Shown here piece by piece: positions 26,309-37,620 of a DNA stretch of 64,000 nt. The DNA is taken from contig NW_024704743.1 in NCBI RefSeq assembly GCF_018977255.1, positions 112,594,001 through 112,658,000 on the forward strand, in the 5' to 3' direction. A model generated the notes under the pieces. The model saw nothing but the letters and a program-made list of their open reading frames with translations. It did not search any database and was not told the DNA's origin. The position numbers and the translations under genes are program-made. The DNA is from Callorhinchus milii (lineage: Eukaryota). The first letter of the stretch is position 1; every line of letters begins with the position of its first letter.

Positions 26309-27068
26309 GAACCTACCAGGGACAGTGGGCTGGAGGAATGCGTCATGGTTATGGTGTACGCCAGAGTGTGCCGTATGGAATGGCCACTGTCATCCGCTCA
26401 CCACTCCGCACCTCCCTGTCTTCACTCCGCAGTGAGCAAAGCAATGGCACTATTCTACACGATATATCTGCAGATAGTCCAGCTGGTACAAGGGGTGGAT
26501 TTGTCCTCACATTTCACAGTGACACAGAATTAATGACTGGCAAGAAAAAGGGTTTTTTTCGAAGAGGATCACTCTTGGGAAACCTGAAGCTTAGAAAGTC
26601 TGAGTCTAAATCATCTTTAGCCAGCAAACGCAGCTCGGTTCGGAGTGAAGCATCGATGAGCAGAATAAGTTCAGCAAATAGTGATGCCAATTCAACAATC
26701 AGTTTTGGAGAAGGTGATTCTGAATATTGTCCAGTTGAAGACCATGTTGATGCCACCACAACTGAGTCATACATGGGGGAATGGAAAAATGATAAACGCA
26801 GTGGTTTTGGTGTAAGTGAGCGCTCGAATGGTATGAAGTTCGAGGGAGAATGGTTGAATAATCAAAGGAACGGATACGGATGTACGACCTTTCCAGATGG
26901 CACAAAGGAAGAAGGAAAATATAAAAATAACATTTTAGTACGAGGAAAGAAAAAGCACCTTATACCCCTAAGAACCAGCAAAATTAAAGAAAAAGTGGAG
27001 AGAGCCATAGAAGGAGCGCATCGAGCTGCAGCAATCGCTAAAACAAAAGTGGAAATAGCAGCTTCGAG
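26309..27068 (+). CDS. JPH1: Junctophilin-1 coding exon 2 (further MORN repeats, joining region, start of helical domain)
   Basis: Acceptor ctgaag|GA completes Gly in phase 1. 760 nt, [15 protein letters not shown]...[11 protein letters not shown]...[13 protein letters not shown]...KVEIAAS(R), donor AG|GTGAGT, phase 2. The joining region is JPH1-like. Confidence 0.97.
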
Positions 27069-27109
27069 GTGAGTGATATTCTGTTAGCCATAATGCCACA
27101 AACTTGTTT

Positions 27110-27497
27110 TGTCTTCTCCCCTCCTCCTGAAGCCAGTGACTCAATAAGGTACATATCCATGAGCACTGAATGCTTTCCAATACCTCACCCAATTGATCAT
27201 TCTTCAAATGTGAGCCCAAACATTGAATGTTGGCAGATAATTTGACCACGTTGGGCTTCACAGGCAAGAATGAGATTCACACGCGAACTTTCCAGCAGAG
27301 GTAACTAGATAGCAATCAGCAGTGGAAACCATAGCTGAGATTTCTTCTCCCTGGGACAGAGACATAAAGGTCAGGTTAGTGCCCAAACTGCTGTTCTGAG
27401 TGAGATCACCTAACTCAGCACAGACCAGGATTCCAACTTGCAACCCTTTGCTTTGCAGAGCTGAGTGCTACATTGTCTGGTGTTTAGCCACTGGGGG
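27110..27497 (-). mobile_element. Old SINE-like repeat, family unassigned
   Basis: The reverse complement has GGAATCCTGGTCTGTGCTGAGTTAGGTGATCTC...CTGATTGCTATCTAGTTACCTCTGCTGGAAAG. Diverged relatives at about 4200-4400, 20900-21200, 27745-27990 and 38920-39210. Confidence 0.6.
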
Positions 27498-30400
27498 AAA
27501 TGAAAAATATTTTTTGCAGTTACCTTAGACATGGTATTAACTTGAATTGTTAAAAAGAAACAAAATATGAATGTGTATGTTTTTATACTGTTGGAACCTC
27601 TAAGGAAAGTGTATTACAATATTTATAAAACATCCCATTAGTTTGACATTCTCACAATATAACATTTTGAAGTGCAGGAAATCTGTTGTTAAAAAAATGT
27701 AGGAAATGTGTTTCTCCTTTCAGCTTAAGAGAGTGACTCATTGTGGCGTACAGTTTCACAGGTAGTAGCAACCCTCCAGTAGCTCATTTCAATAGTCATT
27801 TTTATGAGTGAGCCTAGACAGTGAGTGTTGCTGACATTGCATTATAGTGGTGTTATCAAAGCCTAGACAGATCTTATCCTTAACCTATACCACACATGCA
27901 CAATTTCAAGTCGGTGGAAGCCCTAGGTAGCAGTCAGAAATAGGCATCCTGCTTCCCCTCTTTCGTCTGGGGACACTGAGCCCAAATATTCTGCATTTCT
28001 GAAACCCAGAGGTCCAACATACATTGCTAAAAATAGTCGTCTTTTAGTTGCATTCCTATAATGAAACAATAATCTCTATTCTTACTGGTGAGTGTATGAT
28101 AGACTCCTCTATCACAGTTCATTTTGAAAACTGCTATCGCTTATTTATTGGGTAACTGTGTGCAAATTGAGTTTTTATTATAGCGTAACTTCCAAAATCT
28201 GCTGGTGCTTTGTGGGATTGTTCGCTAATGCATTGATGTATCTGGAAGTATTATTTGGGATTTGCTTCATAATCCCATTCAGCAATTTATATAAGAGTTT
28301 ACAGTTGAATAATATATAGTGTGTTTCATTTTGGGAAAATGTCTCGTAGCACTTTACAGAGATGGAGTGGGAGCCTGAAATTGAGGGGTGTGTGTGGGGG
28401 GAGGGGGTTAAAGCCGAAAGCACAGTCATAGAGGTAGATCTATAAGGGCCCCTCTGAAACTACTCTTTTCATCCCCTGGGAGACAAGTTGTTCCTCATTC
28501 CATTTATCAATGGGAATCATCCTTGTTGCTCTCCTCTGCCCTACCTCTAGTACCTGGCCAGACCCTTTATGTGATGGTGATCAAAATGTACACAGTACTC
28601 CAGCTGCAGACTGACCAAAGCATCATACAGATGGAGCTTTGCTTTTAGGCATCTGAACTCAACTGGCAATATAGTTCAGAGTCTTGTTTGCCTTATTGAT
28701 GCTGCCTCACACTGTTTTGGTATTTTGTGCATTCACATACTGTTGATGTTTGTTTTATGTTATCAAATGAATACACTCCATACAAGTATGTCTGCATTAT
28801 GTTTTTATATCTGTGTTTTGTGTAAACCATATATAAAGTGTATTTATTCTCACAAGTCCCTGCTAATCACTTTCTCTTCTTCCCTAACCCTCCCTTGGAT
28901 TCAGGAACAGGTGAGTTAATGCTATATCCTCCTTTCACCTCTTGTCCTAACTTCATATTTATGTAAATAATTCAGGAGACCACAGAGAGAATATTTTATT
29001 AGGAGTGAACCATGACTTTGTCCATATAAATCGTCAAATTCTATTAGAATACAAATTGCTTTGTAACAATTAGCCACTGTAGCTAAGATTGTAATTAGAT
29101 TTAAAATGGAATTGGATAAGTAATTGAAGACACAGTATAGCAGGGTACAGGAATAGAGCAGGGATTTGGAATTGAGGTATATAGTTATAATGGAATAGCT
29201 AGCAAGAGTGTAGGGTCAATGTGCTAAACTTTTTATAGTTTTAAATATGAAGGGGAATGAAATTCTAATCATTTACTCAAATACAGAGTTTACCTAAAGT
29301 GTTGTATATGTCACATACGTTGTTTGGTGTTCCATAAAATCCAAATTTTTATATACCCAACACCAAATTAATTCTATTTGTCCACTTCTGCTGCCCCTTA
29401 TTGTGTCCATAGTACAAACTCAGGTGGACTATAGGTCCCGACTGATTTACGTTTTGTTCTTTGTGATGCAGATGAGCCTAAATAATAGATTTAACTTGAC
29501 ACTGATTTTTTGTTCAGAAGTCGATCAGGGCAAACTACCAAGTGAGCAATGCCGATGTTCTAATAAACTAATCTGAGCTAAGTTATTTTGAGTAATTATC
29601 CATATTTATCATTGCCACTTATACTTCAACCAGTGGCACTATTGTACACCCTTTTCATCTTTTGCATTTTTTAATCTATAACAATGAGGAATCTCAAGAC
29701 ATCTGAAAAATGGTGATTTTTAATGGTGACCATTAATTGGGACCAAAGCTATTCCTAAGCTGTATAAATTAATGGCCTTCCTCAGAATTCCATAGATGGT
29801 TGATTGAGATATCCTTTAGAGGTAAATTGATACTTGGTAAGTAAGGATATTACCGATGTGGAGAAGGTTGGCTGAATGGAAATAGAGTTGCTATAGACTT
29901 AATGAAGGAGCAGCCTTTACGTGCCATCCTATTCCTGTTATTCAGTAAGGCTAGAAGCTTATTCTAGTCTTTCAATATGAAATTATATGGTACAGCTATG
30001 GTATTTCACCTATGGTTTCTAACTGAAATTTAAGGCAATGTTAGGTTATTATGCATTTAAAAAAGCAGCAGCTTTGAATTTGACAAATTATGATCTGAAT
30101 ATAATAGTTATTATGTAATCATTATCTTAGGAATGATACATAATTCCGTAAAGGTTGGCCCAAGACCAGCTTGTTGAACTTTATTTCCTGTGGTTAGTGT
30201 CACTGGATGTTTGTATTTTATCCTCTTATGTACAATAATTAGTATCTATTTTAGCCTTAGCTGCTGAAATGTTGTTTTGAAACCCCACTTATGTAATTTT
30301 GTATGAAATCAAGTGGATAGAAGTAGCAATTTTAAATATTATAAAAGTTTTGTACACAGTCAGAAATTGCATCTAGTTTTGAGAATGTCTGCAAAGCAGT

Positions 30401-33400
30401 ATTTCCATCAGCTTTTATTAATATCATCAGGTTTCAGTTATGGTTTTCTCTGCACAATCTAACGTTCCATGACAGGAAGCCCAAATAAGCATAAAAGTCC
30501 TTGTCTTATTTATTTGTTTATTTTTTTGTTCATCTGGGTGTCTGACGCTTGCAGAAACCCATCACCATGCTTAAGAGTATCCAAACCAAACTGAGAATTC
30601 AATGCGTTCCACCTACGCATGGAAATTACAGAGAGAGATTGTTGGAATGAAATGTACATTCTCTCCCTGGAGGGATGCTTCCTGCTTACCCATTTCAGGA
30701 AAGCATTAGGCGCAGATTGGCAAGAGCAAAGGCTTGGTGTGCATTGAGGTACTGCTGGAGTCTAACCAGCTAAAACCACTTAGCTTGCCAATATTTGGCA
30801 AGCTGTCCCATTGCTTGTACGGATAGGACCACTCTACCTGTTAGGACTTTGGCTTACAGGGTTAATAGGAGCTGAGTGGCGGATGACTCCCTGCCCCCAA
30901 TGACTGATCTGCCATTCCAAGTCCTGCTGATGAGCCAGGCTGGTTGTGCTTGTCATCAGCAGTGTCCTAGAGTAATGTGGACGCGCCTGATTCAGTAACC
31001 GGACTACCGAGACCGCCACAGAGGGCTGGCTCGATTCCGATATTCTGTTGCCCAACATGTCTTTGGTCCTCGTCTTGTCTTAAGGACTCTTTTACCCTTT
31101 TAAATGAATCTATCCCATCAGTAGCATTGCATCAATTCTTGTGGAGAGTTATAGTATTGATGTGTAGTTGATCCTCTGGCGAATCTGAAGACTACTTTGT
31201 CTACTTCACTGATAATAGATTACCGTACTTCAGAGGATTACTTAAGAGTGATTTCTTCTTGATCAGTTATCGTAAACAGTGATTTATATGTCAATCACTT
31301 CATGACACAGTTCTCATCCTGCTTGTAACAAAGGGAAATTCACTTGACAATAACTCACATATAGTATTTTTAATTTGGTTCTGATGAACATAACCAAAGA
31401 GTTTTCAAATCTACCCATTTTTAAAAATAAAAGCAGAAGCCTTTATTTCCCATATAATCTCTACTAGAACTCTGACACTATCAAGGAATAAAAAAACTGC
31501 TTAATAGCAATAAATATCTACACCGTCATTGGAGTAGGAATATTCTGCAGATTTAAAAAAGTAAAACATTTGGAATTGATTGCATTAAAGCCCCCTCCAG
31601 CCTCCACTGTTCAGGCTCCCAGTGAACTCTGTAAATAAATACAAATTGTTGTGCATATTGTAAGCAGTTGGGACAGGAGATGGTGCTTAAGGAGTCCTTA
31701 CACTAATTATTAAAAATAGTTATAAAATTCAGAAAATGAATAATTCACTGATGGAAAGTTTGACTATCGATCACGCAGTTTATCAGATGCAAAACATTCA
31801 GAATAATTACACTTCTAATCCTGAGAAATGCAAAATAACAAAATATTGGCTTTTTATTATACAGAGCAAAACTATTTTTAGCATAAGACTGATATACAAA
31901 TGTAAGAACATATGGATAGCACTTGAAAACTATCACAGTCAATCTGACTAGTCCAGAGTAAAAACACTGACTGTACAGTAATTTAATATTGGGGTATAAA
32001 TCAGTAACATGATCATAAACCGTGAGAGTAAAGAACCAACTAAGTTGTACCTCTGGTATTCATTCCCTGCTATGTGGTACCGTACCGATGGTTTATTTTA
32101 ACACGTTCTCAAGTTTATTCCTTCCAGTCGTTCATCTCTGACATTAACCATTTCTTGATTTGTCAGGAATTATGCTAGAAGTTGCATTATATATGTATAT
32201 ATATAGACATATCTGACTATCTTTACCAGATGAGACACAGTGACAATTTGTCCTTGTATGTCCCTTCCAAAAGATGGACATGATGCTGCGAAGAAGACTT
32301 ATTTTGAAAGGTTTGCCTATTAGTGAGCTGTACAGCTGTTGTTTTTTTTACAGTAGTGACAGCTGACCATAACTAAAGGTTAATTTTATCAAGTGATTTT
32401 TTCATAGCCAGATCGGCAAACAGAATTCTTAAATTGGGTACAGTACTTAAGAGGTTCTTAATTTTGCTTTCCCATAGTCACTAAAATGGTGATTTGAACT
32501 TGAAAGTACATAAATCCAGTCTGTACCTTGTCACAACATTTGCCAATAAAAACGAGTGGAATGTTTTAACTAAACAGCACATGCCATTGTTCATGGTCTT
32601 GCACATACATTTGTAATCCCTTTCCTACAGTAGAAGCAGGGGATTTGTGTGATGGCGCTATCTGTCTGTCCATCTGTTCACAAATAACATTTGTCACCTC
32701 AATAAAACCACTTTTGTTAAGTTTTAAACACATTTCATAAAGTGTTGACCTCTCGTGAGAGATTGGGCTCCTGTGAAAATGAATCAGTTAGTGACCATCC
32801 ACATTGCATTTGAACAATGTCAGTTCATCAACTTAACATTCAAATACTGTATATTAGAAAATTAAAGCATATTGATTTTCTCTTTGCAACATCACTGCTA
32901 CTGTATTTGATCCCCAAACAAATACAAGGCAGAGTAGGTCCTGAGTCTATTAAGCTTTGTCTTGGAACAGTTACAACCTTCTGCAGGCTCAGCCTATGTA
33001 AAACTTGTGGACTGATTCTATAGATTCAGAAACTGCTGACAGGCAATGATAGGACAGTCAGACTGAGCTCCAGGGCATCAATGTACCCAAAGCAGATCGA
33101 GTCAGAGAGGAGTTCCTACAAGTTGACCTGATGGGACATCCTTCTGAAGTGAAAGGCGCTATACAAATGTAATTTGTTGTTGTTGAATCACATCTGATTT
33201 TTGGCTGGAGTTGCTATTTATGACTTCTGTTACATGTATTGAGCATTTATCAAATGTTTTTAAATTCAGTTTAACTCAGTCCATTTCAAACCAAAGCATT
33301 ATGCACTGTTCAGGCATTTATCACAAGTGCAAATATATATTGTTAGTATTCTGGATTAATTATTAAAAATTATGTTCCTGTAGTTTAAAATGGGTCTCAA

Positions 33401-33844
33401 GTTTATTTGCATATTGTAGTTTTTGCAGTACATTTTGACTGCATCTTAGTAATTTCCACAACTTTTGCAGAAGGCAGTGTTTTGTGTGAATATATTAGTT
33501 TTGGGATAAATTTTTGGAATTAATGGGATCCTGTACATAAACGCATGGGAGAAAATTCTACTTGTGTTTGGATTTGTTCTGTTAACATAGCATTTCAGAA
33601 TTTTACAAATTGGAGATTTCAGTATTAACTTTGAAGCTGGATTTCTGAAATTCTTAAAAGAAACTTACAGAATATTAACTTTAAAAACTAAGATTGTATT
33701 GGAAAATTTGCTAAAATAGTCAACCTCTGAAAAGCAGTGTTAATAGATTAAATCTAGATGTAGGTGGAAGTTTAACCCTCTGATGTTATCAAGAACCCAA
33801 ATCGTAACATGCAATAAAATATCAGTTAGTTATTCTTGTTTAAG

Positions 33845-35605
33845 CTCCTTCCTCTCCCACCACTCCCTTTATGAACCTCTCCAATCGGGTTTCCGTGCCG
33901 CCCACAGCAAGGAAACAGCTTTGGTCAAAGTGACAAATGACATTTTGTCCATCTGCGACCAGGGCTCCCTCTGTCCTTCTGCTGCCTTTGATACTGTTGA
34001 CCACTCTATCCTCTTCCACTACCTCTCTCTCACCTCAGCCTTCACGATTCTGTCCTTGAGCAGTTCAGATCCTACCTCTCGCACGATCTCCACTTCATTT
34101 GCACAAGCAGTTTCTCCTCTAGCCCCCGGACCGTCTCTGCAGCGCTCCTCAGGGTTTTGTCTTGGATCCCCTCCTTTTCAATATCTGTATGCTCCCTCTT
34201 GGTGACATCATCCACAGACATGGGGTCAACTTCCACATGTATGCGGATGACACCCAACTCTACCTCTCCGCCTCCACCCTCAACTCCAGGACCACTGCTG
34301 TCCTGACAGAATGTCTGTCAGACCTCAAGTCCTGGATGAGAGCTAACTTTCTACAGTTGAAAGTCAACAAGACCGAGGCTCTCCTGATTGCCTCCCGTCA
34401 GCATCTCCACACCTTAGGCGCTGACAGCATCACTATCCATGGTTGCACACTCCACCTTGCTAAGCCAGTCTGGAACCATGGCATCTTGTTTGATCCTCAA
34501 CTATCCTTTCTACCCCACATCTGTGCCATGACCCGCTCTGCCTTCCCCCACCTCCACAACATCGCCTGGCTCCGCCACTGTCTCACACCGCAGGCTGCTA
34601 AAACCCTCATACATGCATTCATAGATTAGCAAAGATTAAGCAGTCTGAGATGTTATCCTCCAAGAAGGGCACAATATATTGTGGAGTCCTGTAGCTCAGT
34701 GGTTAGAGCATTCGCCTTGCAAGCGAGAGACATGGGTTCAATTCCAGGCAGGGCGAAACCTTGGGCAAGTTTCTTTACTCCACACACCTAATAATAATCC
34801 CTCCAAAACAATAATAAATTGGTCATTTTCAATCCACGACTGTTTGTGGGACACTGCTGTGCGCAGTCGGCTGCCGCGTTTCCGTCCACAAATATACGGT
34901 CAATTCGCTTTCCAGTATATTCTGTGAAGCACTTTGAGACGTCTAGAAGACGTGAAAAGCGCTATATCAAATGCAAGGATTATTATTATTATCATAATAT
35001 CAAGGCTTGACTATGCAAACTCCTTGCTTGTCGGCCTCTCCAACTCAGCTTGTCGGTCTTCCTCCATAGACTGCAGATCATCCAGAATTCTGCAGCCCAT
35101 GTCCTCACCCGCACCAGGCTCCATGATTCTACCACCCCCATCCCCGCCCGACTCCACTGGCTTCCCATCACACAGAGGATACAGTACAAGTCCTGGTCCT
35201 CACTTTCAAAGCCCTCCATGGCCCTGATCCCCCCTACTTTTGTGACCTTCTAACCCCCTATCAACCTGCCGGCTCCCTCCGCTCAGTGGGCTCTGGCCTG
35301 CTTTCCGTTCCCCGTCTTGCGCACCCCATATTTGGGAGGCGGGCAGGCCTTCAGCCATTCTGATCCCACCCTCTGTAACTCCATCCCGGATTTCCCTCTG
35401 TTTCACTCACTCCCTTGTATCCTTCAAGACCTATCTCAAGACCCTCCTCTTCAACCGTGCCTTCGATCACTCTCCTTCTCCCCCCTGCCCGCCACCCTCC
35501 CCGATCCCAACCCCCAGCTCGGGTCTGATACACTGACTGTCCAGTGCCTTGGGACGACCTCCCAACATGAAAGTCGCTATACAACTGTAATTTTGTTGTT
35601 GTTGT
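33845..35605 (+). mobile_element. L2-clade LINE, 5'-truncated and decayed (reverse transcriptase to 3' tail), interrupted by a SINE
   Basis: [45 protein letters not shown], then LQIIQNSAA..LHWLPI. Frameshifted, ends in (TTG)n. Confidence 0.92.
34681..34992 (+). mobile_element. tRNA SINE, full length, inserted in an L2 element
   Basis: Complete head, body and (ATT)n tail interrupting the L2 ORF2 frame between HAFI and SRLDY. Confidence 0.9.
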
Positions 35606-37489
35606 AGTTGTAAGCTTTACATTATACAGAGCGCAAGGGCGATCGATTTGTAATTTTGACATTTTCGTCTGTCTCCAGTAGTAAGTTAAATTCCACTTTC
35701 TTGGCACTGGGATTTTCCGTTTGTAATCTGTGAACAAATCTGAACATGTTCCCCTTCATTTGGAGTAACATACAGAATAAAACAGAAGAAAAACAGTAAT
35801 AAATTGGTCACCTCAGTTTGTGGGACATTTCTGTGTGCAATTGGCTGCCACGTTTCGCCCATAAATATACAGTCAGTTCACTTTACGGTATATTCTGTGA
35901 AGTGCTTTGAGATGTCTAGAAGATGTGAAAAGTGCTATATCAAATGCAAGAATTATTATTATTATAAAACCCAATGGATTAAACTGAACAGGTGCTGGTG
36001 ATGGAGGGTTGCTATAACCTCTAGGCGTTTTGGCAGAAAACTGAAGGTCCAAATGTTGTTCAGTCTGTCTGCCACTAGGTTCTAACAAAACTCACAAAGA
36101 CATTCTTGAACAGTGCTTCTGGTTGGTTTTGTTTTGAACTTTTGTTCTATTGTGATTAGATTGTATCTGTACTGGAACACACTGCAAGATGCCTAACCCT
36201 TTAAGGAATCTTCAAAAGCTACAGGAGTAGTAGATTTAGAGAAGTTGACCAAGTCAACCGTATTGAATGTGCATGATTCCAGTGGAGGAGAAATTTCATT
36301 GGTGGAGAAATTTTGATTATTTGTAGCATTTTATAAAAATAGTACCATTAGCAGAAGAATTTTCCTCACAAGAATGAAAACCTCTTCAGATTGGCAATGA
36401 TGAACACGCACGCTGCCCTGATGTGTCAGCAGAGAACTCTTACTAAATAAGGCAATGCACGAGTTGGCTTATCAGCACTTGACAGGAATATAGTCTACTA
36501 ACAGCTGATGTAGAAGCTGATCATCGCTATGCTATCATCTGCTCAGAGTTTTACACAGATGTATGTTCACCACCAGATAGACTGCTGACAACGTTCAAAA
36601 TCAACTGCTACTATACATTTTATATTTGAGCTTACAAGTCAAAGGGTCATTGGTAGTACTCGGGTACTATACAGAATCACTGACAAGAAGTTTATCTATT
36701 CAGCTCAATGCTCGGACAGTGAAGAAGATTTGAACACTCCTGTTTCTCTTAAATGGGTCTTTAGTTCTTCTAAGTTACACTGAATGAACTGGTTAATAAA
36801 TTAAAAGGCAGGTTGCACTGCAGTTCTTAAATGTCAATCTCCCTTTTATCGTAACGTTAACAGTTTTGTAACATATATATAAATTACTATTAAAATTAAT
36901 GTTTGGGATATTAATAATTCGAATTTCTACATAAGCTAGACTTATTAGTTCTTTGTATTCCATTTATATAAAAAAACAAATATTTCTTCTGAGTCCCACT
37001 TATTATCACAATTGAGGCACATTTGGCATAAAGCTGCAGTAGAAAATGAAGTAGTGTAATATCATCATCAGTTTCCCTTCTCCTAATCTATTTCAGCAGT
37101 TGAGTCCTGATCAATGAAATATGTTTGATAAATGTCTTCGACTGTGTAACTTAATGAAAATAGCACCTGAATTCAGCACTTGAAATATAGAATGAATTTA
37201 TCAAGGTTTTGTTATTTGATTCTAATGCAGTTTTCCTCTTGCCTCAGAGTTTAATATATGTACGTGACAATACAATTTCATAGTCTACGCATAACTTACA
37301 TTTTCAAAGGGTTAACAATAAAACAAATTACATGTGTACAGCGCCTTTCACACCAGAAGGATGTCCCAAGGGGATGGATATTCAGGGATTTGGACCCCAG
37401 CAGTATGTTGGGATCAGGAGGGGTGGAGGACAGGGGGGGTAGAGGTAGTAGGGTGACCAAAGGCATAGTCAAAGAGGAAAGTCTTCATT

Positions 37490-37620
37490 GAATCATAGAA
37501 TTATACAGCACAGAAGGTGGCCATTAAGCCCATCGTGTCCGTACTGGCTCTTTCAAAGAGTTAGCCAAATCAAGCCCACTCACCCGCTCTCTCCCCATAG
37601 CCCTGCAAACTTGTCCTCCC
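37490..37620 (-). mobile_element. CR1 LINE 3' tail inserted in an L2 fragment
   Basis: GAATCATAGAATTATACAGCACAGAAGG...CTCTCTCCCCATAGCCCTGCAA resembles the reverse complement of the 21.9-22.1 kb tail. Similar tails at about 25075-25200(-) and 55415-55478(+), and a decayed CR1 RT piece at about 28490-28720(-). Confidence 0.75.

Noticed and set aside
34162..34629. Reverse transcriptase ORF as an active or domesticated gene
   Set aside because: It is 5'-truncated, frameshifted and split by a SINE, so it is a dead L2 copy.
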